DNA of 30,685 nt from Macrostomum lignano (Eukaryota). The stretch covers positions 1 to 30,685 of the forward strand of contig NIVC01000653.1 in NCBI GenBank assembly GCA_002269645.1, read 5' to 3'. Position numbers and translations under genes: made by a program. The notes beneath the pieces were generated by a model that did no database searches, was not told the DNA's origin, and worked only from the letters and a program-made list of their open reading frames with translations. Positions 13,201 to 23,420 of this stretch are shown here, in pieces (the stretch's first letter is position 1; every line of letters begins with the position of its first letter).

Positions 13201-16200
13201 ATCAAGCCAATCCAGTTGTGGAATGTAAGCTTGGGCTTCAAATCAACTCTGATAAAGTAAGGCTTTTGAGAGCAATTCCTAACAAGTAAAAGAGCTGCCA
13301 CTCAATTAATCGCAATTTCAGTCTCTCCAACGAAAGTTAAAGGAGAACTTTCAAAGTCTGGAAGCAATTCGAATCATTGAAGAGTTTGTGGATAAGATGA
13401 ACACATCGCTAACAGAAAAAATCTTAGGGTAAGAGCTTTCTTAGCTTAACTCTAACTGTTTGCGATACGCTGGTAGTAAATGTTCAACTGCTTAAAATTT
13501 CAGGAGCAAGGATTGCAGCAAGTGCAAAAAGCGTTCAGATTTCAAGTTAATATTGCCATGTGCTGATCGGTTGTGTGCTGAATGCGTAGCGGACTGCGAA
13601 GTTTCGGAAAACCATGCTGATAGCAGAAAATGTCCGATCTGCAAGCAAGACTTCGATCCTAAGGCTGTGAGCGGTCCAAAGCAGCAGGTTCTTGTGGACT
13701 TCAAGGCTAGGTGCACTAGATTCATGATGCAAGTCGTGTCCAAGCTCTGCTTCCAAGCAGCTAAGCCCCCAACTGAGGATTTATGTCATCATTTAATTGG
13801 CTTCGTGACAAGAACCTCCAAACAAAATGCTGCTTTCGGGCTCTTCGGTGACGACCGCGACGATTCTCCGGTGTTCAGATCGTTCATCTTACAGAGGCTG
13901 CTTAAATTCCAGCCAAGCCAGGTCGAATCGCTGTTACAGCAACACGTTGATGCTGTCGCTAATTTCAGGGCAGATGCCAGGCATGATTTAGCTAAGATAA
14001 TTGTGAACTGCATGGAAGACGCTCAGATTGTGCGAAGCGAAGCTGAAGCGATGAATGAAGAACAGCAACTGCATCACGCTGTGTCCTTGCTGGCAGAGTC
14101 GACCCTACCAGAAAAGCTCCAGCTGTTGCAGATTCCACACCTACAAAACATCGCTTCACGTAGAGTGGCTTTACGCGTTCTGGCATTCGTATTTTCTCTT
14201 GGAAATCTCGGTGAAGAAACTGTTAATGCACTGGCAAGAGCTCTGGAGCCGCATAAGTGGAGCCGAATTTACTTTTTGCGCTGCCTTTCCATGGAGGTTG
14301 GTGTCTCTGCTGCAATAGGCCTCATCTTTAGAAATACAGTGGTTAAGACAACTCTGGAAGCAGAAATTGGAGGCATGGATGTAGTGCCCGTGCCTGACTT
14401 TCTACTCAGCCACTCTGAGGCGTACAAAGACTCAAAAGAGTATGTTCTCTCAACACTATACGATTCGAAAACTCAGGTAATATAAAATTTATCAAAATGT
14501 TTTAAATAAAATATGACCTTTCAGCATAGTCGTATCCTCAAATGAAAAGTTGATTAGGCGTCAACATTGACCCCATATTGTAAATAATACTAAATGTACT
14601 TTAAGCGCACCCCACCTGCCGCACACGGCCAAAAAGAAAGGAGAACATCGGTTTGCCAGTAGTCGATCCACTTCTGCCCACGTCTGCGCGGTGCCAGCAA
14701 GAAGCAAGGCGTACTGAAGCGGCTCAGCACAATAATAGGCTTCTAGGAATCTCGGGCCAGGCTCGCTGCAGTCGCTGACGTAGCTTCGTATATTAGACTT
14801 CAACATTAAAAGTCCAAATGCATGCACAATCTATGAGTGTAATGCTTGGTTTATCAAAAAGGATTCTCGTGAAAGCGCGCTGAGGATTTGGTTCATTACA
14901 AGTATTCTTGCTCTCGACACAGGGCAGTTGGACGTAAAACAATCGTTATTATGTATAGTGTGATTTCTATCCGGAAAGATTAATAGCTCGTAATAAGCGA
15001 GAATTGATCCAATTAAGCTTCTGCTAATTTCAGGACTCGGTGCTTCCTGACTCGAGCGGAACTATCTTGGTTCTAGCAGCACTGGCATCCACGTATAAAC
15101 TACGACACATGACTGAAGAGAAACCACCGGAATTCGAAAACTGCATCGAAAGATTGAAGTCTGAATTGTCTGCTCCACAAAAGGTAACGAAAAATGAGAA
15201 AATTGTACAGTATATTGCTGGTATGATTAGCAACACAGTTAAACGTTTCATCAGTCTAAAATGATGCTTAACATATGTTCAAATGAGTTGAAATGGACGC
15301 TTTAATTTTCCTTTTGCTACTTAGCTACATGAGTGCAACACGCTCTTTGGAAAAATCAAGTAGAAAATTTAGTAGGCAGCTGTATACACTAACAGATCCA
15401 GGGGGTCCAAATCATCAATATATTTCTTCAAATTCGTGATATTGCAAGTCCAGAAAGCTGTGCTCTGTTAATTTTTTTCATATTAACGCAAACTTAAGAA
15501 TGCTGGCGGATCCAGGGGGTCAAGGGGGTCGGCTGACGGGATCAGAACCCCCCCGGGAAAATCCTGGATCCACCATTGACTGTATAGTATCGCTGAAATC
15601 GTTAAAAATCGAATACTCTGCCTTTTAAGTGTTTTGATATGGCATTAAATTATTTTCCTGCGTCAAAAGAGCAGCGTATTTATACTTGTATTGTGCTTAA
15701 GTAGCTAATTCAATCTGTAGGTACCAAGTTCTCTTTGGTACGCGTATAATAAAATATAGCAAGGGACAATCGAAAACCCCTTTGTTATAACAAAGGCTAG
15801 ATGTATTGCAATACTTCAATGTAGTTCGCAGTGTTAAAACGCTCATTTTCCTAAAACTAGTTTTATAGCTATCAGAAGAATGTAAAATATTTAAACATTT
15901 GTTGTTGAATTTTAGAAACTGTACAACCAGTTGGCTTACCTGACGCAATCGCCATTGCCGGACCACAATGCTGCTCTGCTGTGCATTCGCTTGGCCTATG
16001 TGTTACACGCCAATTCCGCAAATGAAAGCTCCGCCTTTCGAAAGTTTTTGAAGGACCTGAAGTCATTAGCCGACAACTCGTATCTTCCTGCGATGATGCA
16101 CGATGAAATCTGGGAGCGGCTGTTAGAAATGATTAACTGTCCAATTACAACGAAGGATAAAGAGGGTTTTCTTTGTGATGAAAACTTCAAGATGTACTGT

Positions 16201-18776
16201 GAGTAAACACCAAAGCTATAGTAGGTGATGTACGATAGGAACAAACTACCTTCGTTACCAAAAACAAATTGTCAAAGAGTATATTCTGCATCCTTCTCAG
16301 ACCCAGATTATCTTGAGTGCCATCATTTTTAGTAAGTCGGATTCGTTTCTGTTGGCAAGCAGGTGAAGTGACGGTCCAAAAGCCCGCGTCTTGAAACTCA
16401 CCCTAAAGCTTGGTGGGAATTATCATAATACCAGATGTAGCGAAATAGCTGCAACCCAAGTTTCTTACTTTCTTAATACCTGTTGTAGCTACATTTCATT
16501 CATTGTCACATCAGGTGCCAGAGTGGAAACGAATATCAAAAAGTTACTTAGGTTGCTTAGGTTAGGAGGAGGCAGTGGCGAAGATACGAGCTGGTCCTGG
16601 GCGCATGTTAGAGCCCTCTCAGGGCATGCAGGGTCGAGTAACTCAACTCCCCTCGTTTAACAACAGCAGCAACTAGCTGATGTGCTGACGAGCTACGAGA
16701 TCACAAGTATTGCAAGAGCCATCCGTAATTTTCTTTCTAGGTTGCCCAAACGGCCATCCGTACGTCTTGGGAGAAGTAAGCAGCCAAAAAATATTTTAAC
16801 GAACTAAGGCCGTTTATTTTATCCGTTTTTTTTTATGCTAAAGTTGTCAAATTCAATCATTATTTTAATTTTCAGTGCACACAAGGATGGGTGAAGTACA
16901 AGTGTCACGAATGCGCTGCTGACATTGGGGGTCAGAAGCATAAAATAGCTGCAAACAACACCGAATACAAATGCAAGACAAAGATGGGCTTCTCCCCGCC
17001 ATCTATGAAGGAAGGTCAGCAGCCTCTGCGCAAGCTCACGCCAGCCAGTGCAGCTCTGATCCGGCTGCTGCAGCATCTGGCCATGTTGGTTTCTCCAGAC
17101 TCCAGACGCAAACTCCAGACTCCAGACGCAAACTGCTACTTGAGAGGGTTCGTCGACGACTTGAAATTGTTCAGCCAAGTAACCGGCAGAAGTGAGGAGG
17201 AGACATATCATATCCTCCACTTACTACTTAAGCAATTGGAGTCGGCCAAAAGCGAATCCGTTTCTTTTGATCTGAAAACTGACAAAAGCCGGAGAGAATT
17301 TGAGGACCAAATCGATAGGGAGTTGATACAGCCAATTATGGGAAACCTCAGCGACCTTCTTCAGAAATCTAACAAAGAAATTGCGCAGCAAACATCGGAA
17401 ATTTTGCAAATCATCCATGGTACTTCGAAAATGGAAGAAGAGGAGGAGGCTTCGCTCTGGAAATGTCACAGGCGGATAACCGTAAAGCACGCTGAGTATG
17501 CTTTCCAGGAACTAAGTACCGAACTCTCTGAACGATACAGACTGACTGGAACGGTTATTAATTGGCTTCCTGTATTGCGTCACGTCGGATCCTTGCCTCG
17601 ACTGATGAGACTGACAAAAGAATTGACGACATGTTACAACTACAAAATTACCTCTAAAGACGCCAGCTCAAGGACTTTTCAAGAAGCCTGGCACGACCGT
17701 AGTGACGAGTGCAAGCTGCAGGATGTGTATGAATTTGGACGAATTTGGGATGAACTCAAGCACCGACTGAAGCTGGCGCGGTTTGAAGACTTACCATATC
17801 CGGTTGTAAAGGGTGAAGTTTCCGCCTGTGACCTGCCATTGGCAGCTCTGCTACCGCATTCGAGTGAATGGGGGCGTTGCATCGTGGCCCTAGTGCAGCT
17901 GCTTGTTGATGCTCAAAATGCGGTGATTGATGCCAGCGCTATCAAAACGGAGAAAATATCACTGGACGATATAGATCAGGCTGCTGTGATACCACGGGAT
18001 CTAGAAGCGGGCCTCCTGCCGATACTACTGGCTAATAGTAGCTACTCGCTCAAAGATGCAGCCTGTGTTGAATATGATTTCAAGAGTCTCGAGTGCCAAC
18101 TGGTGGACTTCTTGGCGCGCGGCCGTTGCCGAATAGCTCCTCTCTTATCACCAATCGTCTACAAGGACGAGGTACATCTGATGCAGCTCTTCAAGCGTCT
18201 GGAGCGAACTGTACCACAAAACTCAGCTCCGTCAAGCGTCCACTGACTCAGGCGCTAAGCTCAAATCTGCCTCACGAGTTAAGAGACATCACTGAACTCT
18301 TGGATGACTCGTTGCCTGCAGCCATGCGTTTCCTAATCTCGCTGGCGCCGAAGGACACACAAGAGTTGCTGCATGCCTTCATGACTGAAAGGCTTGCAAT
18401 GCCAGGTCTGCCCACACCACAGCTGCAGCGCAGCGTCACATTAGCGGATACTAAGCTGCTCTGGATGTTCCTGGACCATCTGCGTTGCCGCTGTCTAATC
18501 CGAAGTGACTTGAACCCGTTTGAAGACTGTGGTGAGGTGATCGAGCTGCCAATGGAGTTGCCGAAAGAGCTGAAGAATCGGCGCTCAATTCTTATGGAGA
18601 AGCTGCATGCCTTCATCAGGCTGGAGCTGAGCAGTGGGCCAGCAATTTACGAGGGCATGGAGCTGCAGGAAGTGTGTGACATCTTTCCCGAGTACGATGA
18701 ATTCAGCGCTTTCGACGGGAGCTTCTTGTGCGAGCACGCGGTTGCTGTCTGGACCGCTCTCAATCGCATGGAGTGA
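1494..18776 (+). CDS. RNF213: RNF213/mysterin-like giant AAA+ ATPase / E3 ubiquitin ligase (multi-exon, 5'-incomplete, frameshifted in this sequence)
   Basis: RNF213-diagnostic motifs occur in the correct order: SGMGKS, YELTT[DN]AMKMLAIYMRFRCEIPVVLMGETGCGKT, IVFFDEVN, CVAACNPYR, IPLFIVGKPGSSKSL, VVVLDEIGLAE, VSFVGLSNWALDPAKMNRG, FPKDQEY, NLYESLYDALNQYY, DLGLGTHR, FPIPLINRLEKH, DRDGNL, RING, LPAMMHD, RZ finger, C-terminal ...AVAVWTALNRME*. Phase-compatible GT-AG exons: 1494-1707, 1930-2277, 2388-2495, 3218-3349, 3641-3833, 3988-4292, 4700-11888, 11991-12138, 12211-12853, 12961-13224, 13322-13428, 13504-14476, 15034-15183, 15916-16198, 16741-16775, 16876-18776. Confidence 0.93.
4700..11888 (+). 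CDS. RNF213: 7.2-kb single exon encoding the stalk and AAA+ ring; interrupted by six -1 frameshifts
   Basis: Acceptor aattcag|AAA at 4699/4700 and donor G|gtaggt at 11888/11889. ORFs 4730-5680, 5677-6906, 6726-8597, 8594-9985, 9955-10596 and 10820-11980 abut or overlap, stepping -1 each time, with no AT-rich intron between them. Confidence 0.85.
8651..9000 (+). other. catalytic AAA+ module: Walker A GETGCGKT (8651-8674), Walker B IVFFDE, sensor-1 ACNPYR
   Basis: Motifs read directly in ORF 8594-9985 and match the first catalytically complete AAA unit of RNF213. Confidence 0.9.
9698..10130 (+). other. second catalytic AAA+ module: Walker A GKPGSSKS (9698-9721), Walker B VVVLDEIG (after frameshift), SNW / AKMNR motifs
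   Basis: Walker B is visible only in the -1 frame from ~9901 (TTC GCT TCT GTT GTT GTA CTC GAC GAA ATT GGA). Confidence 0.88.
13514..13642 (+). other. RING finger variant C-x2-C-x11-C-x-D-x2-C-x2-C-x15-C-x2-C
   Basis: The exon from 13504 reads (G)SKDCSKCKKRSDFKLILPCADRLCAECVADCEVSENHADSRKCPIC. The fourth ligand position is GAT (Asp) at 13565-13567. Confidence 0.85.
15380..15586. mobile_element. small MITE-like insertion in an RNF213-like intron
   Basis: A 13-bp inverted repeat tggcggatccagg (15504-15516) / cctggatccacca (15563-15575) has 1 mismatch. A second gatccagggggtc copy lies at 15395-15407. A 7-bp direct repeat ctgtata at 15380-15386 and 15580-15586 flanks the whole unit. Confidence 0.45.
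16198..16941 (+). other. RZ finger (RNF213/ZNFX1-type E3 domain) split across three exons
   Basis: The spliced read is ...KMY C|CPNGHPYVLGE|CTQGWVKYKCHECAADIGGQKH. Introns 16199-16740 (gtgagt...ttctag) and 16776-16875 (gtaagc...tttcag) have matching phases. Confidence 0.9.
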
Positions 18777-18841
18777 TGCCGATTGTGCTTTGGTTTTTAG
18801 ATTGACAAAACAATTGAATCCCCGTTCCCCATATGATTCCC

Positions 18842-18894
18842 TATACTCACTAACTAGCTATACTCACTATACTTACTATACTCACTATACTCAC
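18842..18894 (+). repeat. 9-bp minisatellite (TATACTCAC) in the putative 3' UTR
   Basis: Four tandem units at 18859-18894 (one variant, TATACTTAC) plus one detached unit at 18842-18850. Confidence 0.85.
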
Positions 18895-19166
18895 TAATGA
18901 GTGATGAGGCAAATCATGCTGGAATTAGTCGGAAAACTATTACTGAAAAATTCGAATGCAAGTAGATATGGCTAATACCTCGGAAAGTAATTTGTTTTTT
19001 AAAACTGTCGGTCTGCTTTTTCTCGCACAGACAAGTTTCGTATTGAAATTCAGAAGCACAAAACAAGCAAAGCAAGCCTCATTGCTATGATCAGTTATTT
19101 GGTGATGTGTTTGCATGGTCACAAATTGTAGTTTTACTGTTCCATACAATATTTAATCCCACTTTT

Positions 19167-19172
19167 AATAAA
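19167..19172 (+). promoter_or_regulatory. candidate polyadenylation signal of the RNF213-like gene
   Basis: AATAAA ~390 nt after the stop codon. The region is AT-rich, so a chance occurrence is possible. Confidence 0.35.
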
Positions 19173-20259
19173 TATCTTTCATTATTTATTAGCTAACTAT
19201 CAAAACAATAACCACCATTCTTATTCTGCTAGCAGCTAGCTAGCTAACTATATTTATACTTTGATCGGTCCCTTGTTGTAGTGTGATTGCATGTTCAAAA
19301 TGGAAGTTACATTTTATTTACAATATTTAACCTCTACTTATCGTTTTAATCTATTTTTAATAACAGAAAAAATCAATCCAACGTTTTTATTCTTCTAGCA
19401 GCTCATAATTACTCTCACAATTACTGGTATTCATGTTTAAAAATTTTATGTTATATTTTGTGATTTCTCATCACAGAAGCAAATTTTACTGTCATAAAAA
19501 TATTTACCCAAAAATGTCTATTGTTTTATTCGATAAACTTTTAAACGTGTTTATTCCGATTTTATATTAAATTTAATCAGCTATTTTTGTAGCGAACAAC
19601 TTGCTATTCTGAGACTGAGCTCGAAGATCACTGAAACTTCAGTTGCTAAATCATTGAAAAAATCATTGTTTACAACACTGGCTAAAATATAAACATTGTT
19701 TAAAATTTAAAGCAAATTCAAATTTAAATTTTTTAGAATAAATTTAAAATTTAAAATAATGTTTAGTAGTTACACAATAAATAGTAAAAATGGGTCCGCG
19801 TTTTATTTAAAACAAAAAGAAATTTCGACCAAATGTCCATTGATTCTCAAATGCACTTTCAGTAAAACAATTTTTTTCGAATTTGAACAGGACCGAAACC
19901 GCCAAGTGTTTTAAGCAAAAAAAGTTTTTTAAATGTACAGTCTTCAATTATATTTATAATTGATGATATAGTTTTGTTCTATCAACTCGTTTATTCAGCC
20001 CTGCATCTTTTTACAAATAACAGAAATACTGTAGTATCGCTAACAGATTGTTTTCGTAAAATGTATCCACACCACCGCACTATTGATTTCATGTAGCCAC
20101 TTCCCTCAGTAGTATGTCACGATCTTAAACTACTCTTTATTTCGAAATAAAATCGATTGTTTAAATAGCTTTTCTATTAGTTATTCATCAACTATCAACT
20201 AGACGACTTGGGACCTTGTTAGCTATCGTACGCTCGTAACAGATTTCTAACCGCTTGCT

Positions 20260-20689
20260 TGTAAAGTTGAAGTCAAGCTACACGTGAATCAACTTCTTGG
20301 CACAGTTACAGAGGGCGTGCGATGAGAATTTATATCTCTTCTGAAGAGTTTGCCTTTAGAAAACTAGAAAATGAAAGGAGAGATCCAGAGAAAGAGAGAG
20401 GAATTGAGTCGTGTCTAAACCCACGAACTTCCACTTCCAGACCGAAGCCTCGGCACAAATAATGGCCCTAATAAATTACAACGAGGTGAGTCACCTTAAC
20501 GAAGATGCGTATGTTATTGGACAGTTGTCCAGTCTTGACAAAAGCTTCAGCAGTTCTCGGTCGGTAGTTCCTTCGATCGGTAGAAGTAGTCTTAGGTCAA
20601 GCAGCAGATATTGAACGAATAGCAATCCGACCTCAATCGGGTTGATCGGTAGTAATAGTAGTATCTTTTCCTCTTACTTGATTTTTACA
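20260..20689. mobile_element. candidate solo LTR (430 bp)
   Basis: Bounded by TGTAAA...TTTACA (6-bp inverted termini), with an internal TATA-like tttatat and AATAAA on +, adjacent to a gag remnant. No target-site duplication was found. Confidence 0.3.
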
Positions 20690-20784
20690 TTAGTACAAAC
20701 ACAAATTTTGTTTAAATGAAGAAGGCGATTGAAGATATAATCGCTAGGTCTTTTGCATCCTCGGAGAGTATAGCTACATGTATT

Positions 20785-21010
20785 ATAACAGGACCACAGC
20801 TTGTCAGCCAGCTGCGCGGCCGCCCGGGGGTCGCTGAAATCGGCCGTTGCCATGGCTATCCTAACGTCGGCGGGAAGCTGCTGGCGAAACAGCATTGTAA
20901 TACTTCGTAAGAAATCGGGCATAGGCAGGTGCGCACACAGAAGCGTGAGTCATTTCCCCCAGACACATCCAAGCTGGCTGGCTGGGTGAAGTCACCTTAC
21001 CAGCCAGGCG
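20785..21010 (-). pseudogene. degenerate Ty3/gypsy gag fragment
   Basis: LFRQQLPADVRIAMATADFSDPRAAAQLADKLW resembles the gypsy gag segment typified by LFLxQLPxDIRxxLAxxDFSDPxxLAxxADxLW. Upstream frames are broken. Confidence 0.6.
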
Positions 21011-21135
21011 TGCGAATGCCCGAAGCTCACTATCCCGGCTGTGCACCGCCACACTCAATATAAAACGAAAAAGCGTGCATTAAATGCATAGTCTATGGTC
21101 GAGACTCCAGAATTGAATCGTTATTACAATACGAC

Positions 21136-21188
21136 TCAATACTTGGTTTTTCTTGCTTAAATGTCTAGCACTCAAAACCAAGTATTGA
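21136..21188. repeat. 15-bp perfect inverted repeat with 23-nt spacer
   Basis: tcaatacttggtttt (21136-21150) / aaaaccaagtattga (21174-21188). Confidence 0.8.
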
Positions 21189-21311
21189 ATCCTTGATAAT
21201 TGATATCTAAATTCACAATTAGGCTTTTCATATTACCGATTCCAGAACCAGAATCGGTTCTGCATTTCTACGAATCCAAACAGTAAAACTATACTTCTTT
21301 CCCGGAGTATA

Positions 21312-22575
21312 CACTCAGCAACATTGAAAAGTTTCCACCCTCGCGCCAGCCATGTATATTTCGAGTTTCAAAACTGGTTTTTGTCGCCAGACTTGTGCCA
21401 TAGACGATTGTTGATTTCGTCAACACGCACTTGGGCCATAGACAAAAACTTGGGTCATAAACGCCTGACAAGTCGAAGGAAACAGTCACATGGAGCAGAC
21501 AGCAGCAGCGTACAGGAGTCTAAAATCCACGTTCGCAACCAAACGCAAATGGTTCGCCAAATGACCGACCTGGAACGAGCGCGCGCCATTGGCATGCTGG
21601 ACGCTGGATGTCCATCCGAGCTGTTGCTCGCCAAATTGGGCGGTCGCACACAGCAATCCGCAAACTGCAAATCAAGTGCAGAGAAACGGGCAGCGTGGCG
21701 CACGCCACGCGTGGCCGGCGGCTTAATATGCGCAGTACAACTAGGAGGGCGGACCGGCGATTGCTGCGAATGGTGAACCCCACATTGCCAGCCACCCTGC
21801 TACGGCTGATGTGGGCTGAAAGAAGCAGGCGAGGGAATATTCTGAACGCCCAAACAATCCGACGACGATTGCGGGAGTCGGGGCTGCGATCCCGTAAGAT
21901 GCGCAAACGGCCACGCCTGACCCCAACCCATGTGGCCAGCCGGGAACAATGGGCAATGCAAAGGGTCCACTGGAGGCAGCAGCAGTGGCGGCGAGTGATT
22001 TTCACAGATGAGAGCCGCTTTCGATTGTTCCGTGCCGACGGCCGCATTCGCGTGTGGCGCCAGCCGCGCCAGGAGATGCTCCCGCAGCACGTGCAAAACT
22101 CTGAGAGCCAGTCAGCTTCTATTCACGCGTGGGCAGACATCACAATGCACGCGAAGACGGAGCTCGTGTTCCTGGATGCGACTGTGACTGCCGAGTCATA
22201 CGCCAACCTTCTACAGACGCCCCTGCTGCCCTTCATTGATGCTTCACGTGGTGGCGTGGGGAACAGCGTCCTCCAAGACGACAACGCCCCACCGCATCGC
22301 GCAGCCGCTGTGGCGCATCTGAAGGAGCTGCTGCACCTGCGAAACTTGCGCTGGCCGTCCCAATCACCGGACATGAATCCCATAGAGTACGTTTGGGATT
22401 ACCTGAAGCGCTCGATTCGGCGCGACAATCCGCCGCAAAACGTTGCCCAACTGCGCGAATCACTGTCTACTGCATGGAAACAACTACCGCAAGATTTTCT
22501 GCGACGCCTGGTTCTGGGATGCCCCGGAGAGTGAGCGCTCTGCTGCACGCACGTGGCTGCTATACGCGTTACTGA
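21312..22575 (+). mobile_element. Tc1-family DNA transposon; probable left end TA|CACTCAGCAAC, right TIR not found
   Basis: A TA|CACT-type Tc1 start at 21310-21312 lies ~240 bp upstream of the transposase. No reverse-complement copy was seen downstream. Confidence 0.75.
21549..22575 (+). CDS. Tc1 DD34E transposase (~342 aa after repairing two -1 frameshifts)
   Basis: MVRQMTDLERARAIGMLDAG/MSIRAVARQIG (HTH), VIFTDESRF, VLQDDNAPPHRA, WPSQSPDMNPIEYVW (34 residues between D and E), C-terminal MPRRVSALLHARGCYTRY*. Frameshifts at ~21607 and ~22518. Confidence 0.92.
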
Positions 22576-23420
22576 CCCTGTTCTGGGCAAGTTGTCACCC
22601 AGATTTCGAATAGATTTGCTGTTTGATTAAGAATGGGGTTTTATATAGACAAATTCTTTGTCCGTCTCCAGTAGCATTTCCTTCTACTTTGGCTGTCTTT
22701 GCTTCGACATCATAAACCAGCTATTCAACTTTTTTTAAGTACGCGCCCCGTAGTATTGACAGGCATATCGCCAATTCCGTTAACAGTTTAACACTCACGG
22801 AACAATACACTGTGTCATCATTATTATTATGATGCATAATGATTCCTACATCAGTGGAGAACATACTCGAAGTGAATAAATTGATTTCATGTTACTAGCT
22901 ACTAGAATACACATTTCACATATTTCACATACGAGAGTTAATATCGAGATATGCTCGAATGCCAAAAAAAGTACAAATAATACTTTTAAAAGTACACGTG
23001 GATGTGATTTGATAAGTCATATAAAAAAGTAGCGACGTACGAGCTACTCAAAAGTACCATTTACAAAGATGGCGAAGTGCATTGTTACAAAATGGGTTCC
23101 AATAAGACAGATTACACTGCAAAGTTAGCTAATGCATTTAAAATTATGTTGATAAACTGAACCATATTGGATGTGGATAACTTGTTATTCTAAGTCAGAA
23201 AGAGACGCCTATTTTACATTTTTTACGAATAGTTGTGAACTGGATGCACACGAAGTCTAGGAATAATGATTTTTTAAATATAGTAGTAGCAACCAAGGCT
23301 GGCTTAAGAACACAGGATCCTGGGTATTATACATGGAAGTGAATCACAAGTCAAGAGGATTAAACACTAGAGCAAATGCGCCCAGTGGATTACATTATTT
23401 GATTAGGAAGCCTCGACTCC

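Noticed and set aside
16547-16566. TTAGG-like repeats (also at 353-362)
   Set aside because: Only 2-3 imperfect units, too few to call interstitial telomeric sequence.
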